Source: Hemiscyllium ocellatum
Taxonomy: Eukaryota
Reading direction: 5' to 3'
NCBI RefSeq assembly: GCF_020745735.1
Contig: NC_083419.1
Coordinates: forward strand, 55,152,135 to 55,216,134
Length of the DNA: 64,000 nucleotides
Positions 25,140-36,293 of the stretch are shown one piece after another (the stretch's first letter is position 1; the number at the start of each line of letters is the position of its first letter). The notes under the pieces were generated by a model. That model ran no database searches and was not told the origin of the DNA. It worked only from the letters and a program-made list of their open reading frames with translations. The translations under genes were made by a program, and so were the position numbers.

Positions 25140-25959
25140 TGTGGGGAAGAAAATAAACCACTCTGCATGCCCACTACTTGTTCACAAAAACCATGTCTGC
25201 TCTTAGCTAAACAGAATCTACCCATAATACTTCAACTTGACCACAACCAGCTCAGGAACTAAACAGCAAAACAAGACATTACCTAAACAGTTCCCAGACT
25301 GAAGGAATACACTTCTTAGACGGTCTGACAACAGACTTCCTGCCTCACAATAGCATCACTGCTCCTGCAGCCCCAAGGACATCCTCAGTCTCCTCAGGTA
25401 CTGAAGCCCCAGGAAGCCTACCCAGGCTGAGTGCCACCCAGATACCTGATAGGAATGCACACCACCCTGCAGACCGATTGAAACCAGGATACTGGACAAT
25501 AGTGTCGATGGTTTGATCAAGAGCCCTTCGAAACGTCGACTCTCCTGCTCCTCAGATGCTGCCTGACCTGCTGTGCTTTCCCAGCATCACACTCTCAACT
25601 CTAATCTCCAGAATCTGCAGTCCTCACTTCGCCTATTAGACATTAGCACCTGCTCTAGCAGAGGAATGGAACCACCAGTTACAATTATTACCAGATTGCT
25701 ACTACTGGACAACTGATTGTTTTGCATTGAATGTAATTTAATTTATATTGTCCTGTAATTAACACTACACTACTGTAACACACTGTAACTCTGAAAAGAC
25801 TGCCTGTATCTGCAGCTCAGGGAAACTGTGCAGAGTGTCTGTTCTGTACTAGTCCTGTCAAATTCTCTTTCCCACGATATTGTGAGAAATAAACCAGTAT
25901 TCATCAGTTTCACAAGATCTGTGTGTGGCCTCCATTTGTAATTGAACGATTCTCCGACA
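25140..25959 (+). mobile_element. Solo LTR (inner)
   Basis: TGTGGGGAA..TTCTCCGACA terminal inverted repeat, 5-bp TSD aggtg, AATAAA at about 25888. Confidence 0.8.
25529..25636 (+). mobile_element. Penelope-derived tail inside the inner LTR
   Basis: cgaaacgtcgactctcctgctcctcagatgctgcctgacc. Confidence 0.8.
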
Positions 25960-27571
25960 AGGTGTAACACAGATATTCCGGGAGGGATGCAGCTGCTCAA
26001 ACCACTTAGTTTTAAACAAAACAGAATTTATTTACAAGGTTACTGAAAGAAACATGAACAAAAGAGAACAGAATACCGAATAACTTATCTGAAAACCCAA
26101 AAGATTATCCCAATTTACCGATGCTGTTCCAAATATTTGCGACAATCCCCATAAACACCCCTTGTGTAAAATCAAGCACAGGGTCTTACAGGAGAGATCT
26201 CAGAGGGAGAGAGAGAGAGTACCAGTCTGGACCTGCTTCTTTAGGTCCAGCAGCGTCTTCAGCTCTACTGTACGAAAACCAAACTAAACCAGAGAAAGGC
26301 TGTGCTGGGAGCACTGGCCGCTCCCCTTTCATTATACAAGTGTTTTTATTTAAAACTTGAAAGCCTTTTTCACTGAGGCAGTATCTGTTAGCTATAGTCA
26401 AACTGGCCCTAAAACCCAGCCAAGCCCAGACTGTTAGGAGTCCTTCTCTTTTACGACCTCTCTGAAAAAGAAGCCAAGGACAACATAACCTTGTTAAAGG
26501 AGTAGCATCATTACAGGTCATCAGGGACTACCTGAGATCTTCCAGCAATCAGAACCTTACTGCCTGCACAATCTTGGTCAAAGATTGAGTACCAGTTTAT
26601 AGAAAATAATGCGTGAGATCAGTTTGAAGATATCGTCATTTGAGAGTAGCTGCTAACCATTTGAAACAGTTAACAAATGTGTTTGCGTTTATCACCAAAT
26701 GTTCAGGATTTTGTTCTATAAAACCAAATTGTGACATGTGCATGGTTTGGGATCTGTTTCAGAGTATTTTGTTAACATATATGATGTTTCAACTCCACTT
26801 CCTGTTTGGTATACAGTGGTATTTGACACATATATATGACAATTGTGTTAATTGTTCAAGATTAATTATTGTGGGTTTCCTACTAATTGTCAACTACTAT
26901 TGATTCAGTCTGATGTATTGATGCAGTCTTGAGCAATAGAATCATTCTATAAGCATTATATCAGAATTTAAATACAATCAACATGTCATACTCTCTAGAA
27001 TGACTCAAAATTACGAGCTGTTTAATCTCAGTTTATACTGTCTCCTATAGTTCTGAATGTAACATAAAGTTATTTTGTGCACATCTAATGTAACTCTGAG
27101 AAACAGCCTACCATCTCAGAATCTCCTTCCTCCTGCAAACTGTAATCTGAGAAAGATGTTAACTCCTAGCCTTAGTAGTTTGTGCTTTACCACTGGGGAT
27201 AAATGTCCCCTCATTGGAGTTGAAGTTACCTTAAAGGACAAAGTTCTAAAAAGGGCTATCTCCTTAACAGTAACATTTCTTACCATTATCAAACTATTGC
27301 AGGCACACCAGCCCTCAATTTCCCATATATTCCGTTTATCAAGCTTTTAATATGAGACAGTGAGCATGCAAGTAGAGTGAGCAATTATGAAAGGAAATAG
27401 CACTTTGGACTTTGACGCAAGGGGACTGAGGTACAAGCGTAAGCATTTGTACAACCATAAAGGGCTTTGGTGGGACTACAACTGAAACACTGTGCAAAGT
27501 TTTGATTTTAAAATCAACTTAAGAGTATACTTGCATTGGACGTGATGCAGCAACAATTCCTTGAATGGCCT

Positions 27572-27915
27572 GGGGTGGCACAGTGGCTCAGTGGCTAGTA
27601 CTGCTGCCTCACCAGTGCCAGAGACCCAGGTTCGATTCCAGCCTTGGGCGACTCTCTGAGTAGACTTTGCATATTCTCCCTGTGTCTGTGTGGGTTTCCT
27701 CTGGGCGCTCCGGTTTCCTCCCACAGTCCAAAGATGTGCAGGTTAGGTGAATTGGCCATGCTAAATTGCCCATAGTGTTCGGGGATGGGTGGATTAGTCA
27801 GGGGTAAATGTAGAGAAAGATAGTAGGGGATGGGTCTTGGGTGGTTTACTGTTGGGAGGGTCAGTGTAGACTTGTTGGGCCAAATGGCTTGTTTCCATAC
27901 TGTTGTGATGCTATG
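27572..27915 (+). mobile_element. HE1 / V-SINE inserted in an old CR1 fragment (about 27370-28180)
   Basis: Full head, V-domain and tail. Confidence 0.9.
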
Positions 27916-28209
27916 AAACGGTTGTCCTGAGTAAACTGAGCCTATACATTCTGACTTTCAGAGGAACGAAAAGTAACCTCCTTGATAAATAATAGATTCT
28001 GAATGGAGTTGACAAGTTAGACATTGAGGTTGTGTCACTGGCTGAGAAATGTCAAGTATGGGGATCAATCTGAGAATAATGGGTTAACCACTTAAGAGCT
28101 GAGATGAGGTGAAAATTCTTTAGTCACTCAGTTATGAATCTTTACCTGAGAGGGCTATGGGTTTTCTTAAAAATTATCTAGTGAATATTGGCGTGCCTGA
28201 TTGGCTAAC

Positions 28210-29150
28210 TTTTATTGCGTATCACAAGAAGGTGGTGGTGAGCTGCTTCCTTGAACCCCTGCAGTCCACAAGCTGGAGGTAGATCCACAACGCCCTGAGG
28301 GAGGTACTATAGGATTTTGACCCAGTGACAGTGAATGAATGGTGATACATTTCCAAGTCAGGATGATGAGTGGCATGGAGGGGAACTTGCAGGTCATAGT
28401 GTTCCTATGTATCTGCTGCCCTTGTCCTTAGAGATGGAAGTGATAATTAGTTTCAAAGGTACTGAATAAGGATGTATGGTGAAATGCTGCAGTGCATCTT
28501 GTAGGTAGTGTATACTGCTGCTACAAAATAGAAAATGGAAACGTGTGGGTGTGGTGCCAATCAAGCGGGCAGCTTTGTCCTGGATGGTGTCAAGCTTCTT
28601 GACTATTGTTGGAGCTGCACCCACCAGGCAAGTGGAGCATGGTTCCACCTTGGGCCTTGTAGATAATGGACAGGCTTTGGGGAATTATTCTTAGCCCCTG
28701 GCCTGCTCTTGTAGCCACTGTGTTTATGTGGTGAGTTCAGTTGAGTTTCTGGTCAATGGTAATGCCCAGGATGTTGATAGTGGGGGATTCAGTGATGGTA
28801 ACACTGTCAAAGGAATGTTAAGAGACAGGGGTTAGATGTTGTCTTACTGGAAATGGTCATTGCCTGACCTTTATGTGGCACAGATGTTACTTGCCACTTG
28901 TCAGCACAAGCCTCGATATTATCCAGATCTTGTTGTGTTTGAACATGGACTGCTTCAGTATATGACGAGTCGCAAATGGTGTTGAACACTGTGCAATGAT
29001 CTGTGAACATCCCTTATGCCAGGTATGACTCTCACCAGCAGAGAGCTTGCCCTGTGAAACTCCTTGATTCCAGTTTTGCTAGGGGTCCTTGACGCTACAC
29101 TCAGTTGAATGCTGTTTTGATGTCAAGGGCTGTCACTCCTCATTGACCTT
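28210..29150 (-). mobile_element. CR1/L2-group LINE 3' portion
   Basis: MFTDHCTVF (~FADD), KLDTIQDKAARLIG; related copy at 55735-56460. Confidence 0.75.
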
Positions 29151-30089
29151 GAGTCACCTTTTGAACTTCTGCAGTCTACATGGTCAAGATACTTCCACAG
29201 TACTATTGGGGAGGCAGTTCCACCTGTGGCTGTGATAGGGACCAGCTATCTATTCTAAGTCAGGATGGTGAGTAATTTGAGGAAAGTGCATTTTGTGGTG
29301 TTCCCAATACCTGCTACACTTGCTCGGTAAATGGGGGTTTGGAAGGTATTAGTGAAGAAAGCTGCAAGGCTGCTGCATTGAACAAGATCACAACATTGAC
29401 CCGAAATCAAACATTAGACCTATTCCAGAAATCATCTCCAAGAATCATATAACTGTGTGGTTATTGGGTTCAACAGCCGAGTACAGTAGGACAGATTTAT
29501 GTTTACACAAGCTTAATGTCAGAGCCTGTTATATTCTGATTTTCATTTACTTGTGTAAATACAATGGATGTAGGGAACTAGTTGAAGCAAATGAATATGA
29601 AACAGGCATATATATTCCACTGCTCAGTTTGAACTTCGCACTTCCAAAATCCAAATGCTGGAGCGAAAACATAATTCTGGTTTGAAAATTGCTGATTTAA
29701 ACTGTGATCGCTGCTCTCAATTGTCAGCATGGGTAAGTCACAATTTAAATACTGCCTGAAGGAGCTACGTCATGCACATACGCAGACAAATGCAACATTA
29801 CAGTTAGAGATGGGAGCACTATCCATACAACTGTGATTTAAGTTAATGAAGTTGTCAGACCATGATTTAAACTATACAACTCAAAACAATCTTAATCTTA
29901 CTGGGAGATTCTTGTACTCAATAATTCTCCAGATATTATTGCGTTTTGAACATGGACTGCTTCGAAGCTAACTAAAAGCTGCTCAAAAATGTATTGCAAA
30001 ACATGGGAAATATTTAAATGTAAATAGTGAAATATATTACAACCTTTTGATGATCCTGTTTTCAATAATGTCCCAAACTGCAATGGTGT

Positions 30090-30470
30090 TCAGGACCTGA
30101 TTTTACTGTAAGTAGCTTGGCCTGTGGATATCGGTGTTATGTGACTTACCAACAGGAAAGTAATACAGAGAATAATTTGGGAGCGTCCAGCCTGCAGAAT
30201 ATATGAATGGCATTAACACAGATTCAAGCGCCATGTGAAAATTACACAGAATGATTGATGTTACCAGAAAAAGACAGCCTAATTGGATTCAGGACATGCT
30301 AAGAGAAAATGGGATATTAAAAAAGATGATAAAAGACTGGATGAAAGGAAAAATGAGGGGTTCGGAAATCAAAGATGCTTTTGGACAGCTGAATAATGGG
30401 AGAGCAGATGGAATATTGAAGAGAGCAGCAGAAGAGGGTAACTTAGACAGGGGAAATTTGAGGCGGGGCC
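30090..30470 (+). mobile_element. RTE-clade LINE C-terminal remnant
   Basis: RKRQPNWIQDMLRENGILKKMIKDWMKGKMRG..LKRAAEE resembles the RTE ORF end. Confidence 0.55.
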
Positions 30471-30576
30471 TAATGTTAGCCTTAGAGTTAGTGGTGATGA
30501 CAGTGCAGTGCCCTGGTAGTATTTGTATCAGTGTACTGTACTTTGGATCAGAATAACTATCTCATACTCTCCTTAT

Positions 30577-30708
30577 TGGTGAATTGGCCATGCTAAATTT
30601 CCCATAGTGTTGGGTGCATTAGTCAGAGGGAAATTTGGAAGGGCGGTGTGAACTGGTTGGGGCCGAAGGGCCTATTTCCACACTGTAGGGAATCTAATCT
30701 AATCTAAT
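30577..30708 (+). mobile_element. HE1 SINE 3' fragment
   Basis: ggtgaattggccatgctaaatt..(aatct)n. Confidence 0.85.
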
Positions 30709-30830
30709 CTTATGGAAGTTCCTAGCGTAGAGACACAGAGATGCACACTGTGGAAACAGACCCTTTGTTCCAGCTCATCCATGCTGACCAGATATCCTGA
30801 ACTAATCTTGCCAGCATTTGGCCCATATCC

Positions 30831-31063
30831 GGGTAAAAAATGAGGTCTGCAGATGCTGGAGATCACAGTTGAAAATGTGTTGCTGGTTAAAGCACAGCAG
30901 GTTAGGTAGCATCCAAGGAATAGGAAATTCAACGTTTCGGGCATAAGCCCTTCATCAGGAATCCTATCATTCCTGATGAAGGGCTTATGCCCGAAACGTC
31001 GAATTTCCTATTCCTTGGATGCTACCTAACATGCTGTGCTTTAACCAGCAACACATTTTCAAC
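30831..31063. mobile_element. Young palindromic Penelope-derived element with two opposed hammerheads
   Basis: ~100-bp arms nearly perfectly inverted; TSD tttgRcccatWtcc at 30817-30830 and 31064-31077. Confidence 0.9.
30969..31004 (+). ncRNA. Minimal type I hammerhead ribozyme
   Basis: ATTC-CTGATGA-a-GGGC(ttat)GCCC-GAAAC-GTC-GAAT; predicted cleavage after 31000. Confidence 0.8.
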
Positions 31064-32329
31064 TTTGACCCATTTCCCTCCAGACCCTTCCTATTCATAT
31101 ACCCATCCAGAGGCTTTTTAAATGTTGTCATTCTACCAGCCTCACCATTTCCTCTGGCAGCTCATTCCTTACACGCACCACCCACTGTGAGAAAAAGTTG
31201 TCCCTCAGGTCCCCTTTAAATCTTACTCCTCTCAGCTTCAACCTATGCCCTCTAATTTTGGACTCCTCCACCCTGGGAAAAAGACCTTGGCCTTTCATCC
31301 TATCCCTGTCCCTTATGATTTTATAAATTTCTGTGTAAGTTCAGCCTCCGATGCTCCAGGGAAAATAGCCCCAGTTTATTCAGCCTCTCTCTATAATTCA
31401 AGCCCTCCAACTCTGGCAACAACCCCATAAATCTTTTCTGAACCCTTTCAAGCTTAATAACATCTTTTCTATAATAGGGACACTAGAACTGATTGCAGTA
31501 TTCCAAAAGTGGCTTAATCAACATCCTGTACTGCTGCAACATGACCATCAGGCAGCTGCAGATTGGCCTGATGGTGGGGGCAGAAAACCCGACCTTTTGT
31601 TAAAATACGTTATCTGAGAGCCTTATTGGTTTGCATCTGCCAGCATGGCTCCTGCTGGTCTCATTGCAGAAAGGAGGGGGAATTCACCTTGTAATTGTAC
31701 TGTCAAAAGAACAGAGTTAAACTGAAAGGACAGAGATGAGAATTTTTTAAAGAAGTACAATTACCACAGACTTTTCTCTTAAGAGTGCCTTATTTCTAAA
31801 AAAAGGTTCCATCCTCCTTTGAGCTATTACACAAAATGAAACAAGAATCACAGATAATGAAGCTTGTTATCTTGTTCTCTGAACCTAACCATGTTGATTA
31901 CGTGTTATAGCTTATTATTCACACCACCGTATCTAATATTACAAAGACTATTTGGTGATCAGTAAATGTTAGAAGCAAGATAATGATAAGTACAACAGGA
32001 TTCCAGTTAAATGATAAGCTGATTCATGCGCTGAGTTCAGGTAATGTGTCACTTTCCAGATTATTTCAACTCAGTCATATATTGATGAGATAAAAAAAAC
32101 TTAATGTTTAGTTTTGTCATATTTGTAAGGCAAAAATGGAGGCAATCTGCTGGTTAACCATCAATTCCGCAAACTTTTCGTTGGTTAGAAAGTATTATGT
32201 CGCTACTTGCGAAAGTCAACACTGTTACTTGGTGCTAGTACCATCTTAAACTAGTGAATATGAGAAGAGTTGCACTAAGTTCCACATTCCAACCCCCAAC
32301 TCCAGAAAAGCATGCAGAACTTACCCCAG

Positions 32330-34620
32330 CAAATGAGAGGTTCGATGTCATGGAGGATCTCCAGGGCATGAAGAGCCAATGAGCCTCACTCTTTCCCTCG
32401 GAGGCCTCCAAGATAATCTTCTGGTCTGGGGTCTGCTCCATGGAGCAAGATGAGATGTGCACGTGTTCCTTCTTCTAGAAGGTGTAGATGGCTCGGTAAT
32501 GTCACCTCAGTCTGACATCCTGAGGACCAGCAAATCCTTTGATGTCAGTCTGGATGACACACAGCCCACAGACAGTGCGGCCTCCCAGTTGTTCCTGTCC
32601 TCTATTATGGAGATCTTATACAATAGCATACAGGAGCTGCTGAACCAGCCGCTATTTGTGGATGAACTGACCAGGGTCTTCGAGTCCGTAGAAAAGAATA
32701 AAACCCCAGGAACAGATGGCTTACTGGCTGAGTTGTGTTCGGCTCTATGGGGCTGGATTGGCAGGACCTGCTGGAGGTGTACGACAGTATGCTTCTGGCA
32801 GGGAGCATGTGAGAATCCATGAGGAAAGGTTGCATCATCCTCATCTACAGGCGGAAGGGGGCAAGGGAGGAATTTAGAAATTGGTGACCAATCTCACTGT
32901 TAAATGTGGATTACTGAATCCTGTCTGAGATCATTACCAGCCAGGTCAGGAGAGCTCTGGGATTGGTGATCCATTCCGACCAAACCTGTGCTGTACTGGG
33001 CAGGACGATCTCTGAGAGTCTCACGCTCCTCAGGGATACGATCGCCTACATGCAAGACAGCGGGCTGGATGCCTGCCTCATCAGCCTGGACCAGGAGAAG
33101 GCTTTTGACAGGATATCGCACACCTACATGTGGGACACACTCTCCAAAGTGGAGTTTGGGGAGGGAATCTGCAATTGGATCTGATTGCTCTACACCAACA
33201 TCATTAGTGCAATCACAATCAGTGGGTGGGAATCAGAAAGCTTCCCGATTAGATCCAGAGTCAGAGCTGAAAATGTGTTGCTGGTTAAAGCACAGCAGGT
33301 TAGGCAGCATCCAAGGAACAGGAAATTCGACGTTTCGGGCCAGAGCCCTTCATCAGGAATTAGATCCAGAGTCAGGCAGGGCTGTCCACTCTCTCTTGCC
33401 TGTGTGTGTGCGTTGTATAGAGCCTTTTGCTAAGTTCATCAGGAAGGATGTGGGCCTGAGAAGGAGTGGAGGTTTGAGGGTCAAAGCCCTGCAGGATGAC
33501 ATTGCTGTTTTCTGCTCGGATCCACTGTCACAGCCTCATGAACATCTGCAACCAATTTGAACTGGCTTCGGGAGCCAAGGTAAATCAAGGCAAGAGCAAG
33601 GCCATGTTCTTTGGCGATTGGGCCAACTGATCCTTTATCCTCTTCACCGTCAGGACAGATTACCTGAAGATGCTGGATATTTGGTGCGGAGAGGCAGGGT
33701 CATGCACAAAATCTTCGGAGGAGCACATCGCCAAAGTAAGGCAGCAACTGGGCTTATGGGAGACTGCTCTCTCTCCATTGCGGTAAAACCCTGGTCAACA
33801 GTGTTGCTGTATGTCGCGTACGTCTGGCCTGTTCCCTGGGCCAGCACCACTGCAGTCACCCAAGCCACCTTCCATCATCTGGAGATCTAAGATCGACTGA
33901 GTCCACAGGGATACCTAATACAAAGCTCTGGATAATTTGGAGAAGGGGGAGAGGGTGGACCTACCCTCATTCCGATGGCCATCTTTTTTGTGTGACTGCA
34001 TCAAGCTGTGCGCAGTTCCTTGATATGCAAACACCAAGTGTTAGTACAGACTGAGACTTTACCTGTCCCTGGTGTTATGAAGGATGAGTCTGGCTTTGTT
34101 ACTATGGAATTCAACTGAGTATTGCAGACTGGCATGTCCGAAGGTCCAGTTCTATATGCTGAAGGGTGCTTTAAAGCTTGGAGCAGCTGCTGCTAAGGTG
34201 CACTGGCGAAAGGCGACTGAGTAAGTGCCTTTCTGGCCATCCACCATGAGGCCTTCCCTTTGTAAAGAAGGTCCGGAGAGAGACGTAGTGGTTTTTGTTG
34301 AGGTTTGTCCTCAGCAGCTCCGTGGCAGGCCTCTGTGCTCTACAGTCTGTTCCCTGGGATATACACTCCGACAAACATCGATTGCGCCTGGAGGACCATC
34401 AACTAAGTAAAGGATGTTCTTTGGTCTGCCAAAACTGTTTGGCCTTCCACAGCAAGGACCTGACCTTGATGGAGTGTTGCAGACTAGCAGATTCCAAGGT
34501 CCACGACTACTGAGGGATGCACCAAAGTTTGGGGCAGCTTCCACCAGGGCACAGTGGCGAAAGACCACCATCTGACCGCCATCTTTAGTAACTGGCCATG
34601 AAGGCCTGTTAAATTCTAAG
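32330..34620 (+). mobile_element. Tx1/L1-clade non-LTR retrotransposon ORF2 remnant
   Basis: KTPGTDGLLAE, PISLLNVDY, VIHSDQTCAV..ISLDQEKAFDRISH, VRQGCPLS; many stops and frameshifts. Confidence 0.9.
33265..33358 (-). mobile_element. Penelope-derived hammerhead element inserted in the Tx1 RT
   Basis: 17-bp TSD attagatccagagtcag at 33248-33264 and 33359-33375; intact motif at 33325-33360. Confidence 0.9.
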
Positions 34621-34689
34621 ACACCGTCGTTGCCTGAATGGGAATGTTAATAGCTTTCTTTCATGATTAAATAATGTTAATTTTTTGTT

Positions 34690-35001
34690 ATTAGATTAGA
34701 TTACTTACAGTGTGGAAACAGGTCCTTCGGCCCAACAAGTCCACCCCAACCAGCCAAAGCGCAACCCACCCACACCTCTACATTTAACCCTTACCTAACA
34801 CTACAGGCAATTTAGCATGGCCAATTCACCTGACCCACACATCTTTGGACTTGGGAGGAAACCGGAGCACCCGGAGGAAACCCACGCAGACACGGGGAGA
34901 ACATGCAAACTCCACACAGTCAGTCGCCTGAGGCGGGAATTGAACCCGGGTCTCAGGAGCTGTGAGGCAGCAGTGCTAACCACTGTGCCACCTTGCCGCC
35001 C
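34690..35001 (-). mobile_element. HE1 / V-SINE (young)
   Basis: Full length, (TAATC)n tail. Confidence 0.92.
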
Positions 35002-35102
35002 ACCACTACGTCTCTCTCCGGACCTTCTTTACAAAGGAAAGGCCTCATGGTGGTTGGCCAGAAAGGCACTTACTCAGTTGCCTTTCGCCAGTGCACCTTA
35101 GC
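35002..35102 (-). repeat. 101-bp inverted copy of 34192-34292
   Basis: Reverse complement matches with 3 mismatches by eye. Confidence 0.9.
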
Positions 35103-35885
35103 GCCCACCGCTCCCTCCCCATTGATGCTGCTTGGCCTGCTGTGATCTCCAGCATTTTTTGTTTTCACTACAGTTTTCAGCATTTCCAGTAATTTCATCC
35201 TATTTCTTTTTTTCAATGTTCTGCTCCAGTATGTGTGAGCATTCCTCTAACCAACGCATCCTGCTATTGGATTATGCTCTCTCATTACTTCTCGGATCCT
35301 ACTTTACGGTCACCGTATTTTTCCCATATGTTACAAAAATACTGGGGCTATTCACGTTGCGAACTTTCCTCACTCAGCTTTCTCAGTATGTCATTTCGCA
35401 CCTTCCTCTTCTTCCCTCATCAAGCACATGGATTTACACCAACAAGACGTTCACTTGTTGCTACCTCTCTCAAACTCGTTATTGGCTCTGCAGGAATCCT
35501 GCCTGTGCCCTTCTGCTATTGTGTGCACTTAGCCCAGCCCTCACTTCATAATGAAGGTTAAAACTTCCATCTCCAATTCTTTTACTGACATGAAAAATGA
35601 ACAATTGGCTGACCAAAATTATGTAAGAAAATATTAGAAAGGAGATATTTTAAAGAACTGTGGGTCAAAGGTAAAGCCAGTTGATGTTGAAAGTTGATGA
35701 TCAGGCCTGGACTATGTCTATACCCTGACGTGAGGATCAAACTCATAAGCTTCTGATTCAGAGGTGAGGGCCACCAACTGATTCAGGTGGACACCTTAGA
35801 ATATTCACTTTGATCCTTGCTTGCTGTATTACCAAAGCCAAATACTCATGGTCAGATTGGATGATTCTCTTATCCTTCAGTAACA

Positions 35886-36293
35886 TTAGATCAGATTCCC
35901 TACAGTATGGAAACAGGCCCTTCGGCCCAACAAGTCTACATAGACCCTCTGAAGAGTAACCCACGCACTCATTCCTGATGAAGGGCTTGTGCCCGAAACA
36001 TCGAATTTCCTGTTCCTTGGATGCTGCCTGACCTGCTGCGCTTTTCCAGCACTGATCTCCAGCATCTGCAGACCTCACTTTTCCCTCTATATTTACCCCT
36101 GACTAACACAATGGGCAATTTAGCATGGCCAATTCACCTAACGTGCACATCTTTTAGATTGTGGGAAGAAACCTGCACAGACACAGGGAGAATATGCAAA
36201 CTCCAGAAAGACTGTCGCCCAAGGTGGGAATTGAACCAGGGTCACTGGCGCTGTGAGGTTGCAGTGCTAACCACTGAGCCACCATGCTGCCCC
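35886..36293 (-). mobile_element. HE1 SINE interrupted by a hammerhead element (about 35968-36082)
   Basis: Head at 36293, tail at 35886; attcctgatgaagggcttgtgcccgaaacatcgaat at 35971-36006. Confidence 0.85.

Larger units (their letters stand above)
25055..26515. mobile_element. Solo LTR (outer), split by a nested LTR
   Basis: TGTTA..TTACA ends, 4-bp TSD ggtc at 25051-25054 and 26516-26519; unsplit relative at about 49060-49627. Confidence 0.8.
30730..31545 (-). mobile_element. CR1 (HER1-like) 3' fragment interrupted by a hammerhead palindrome
   Basis: Similar to 20080-20670. Confidence 0.85.
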
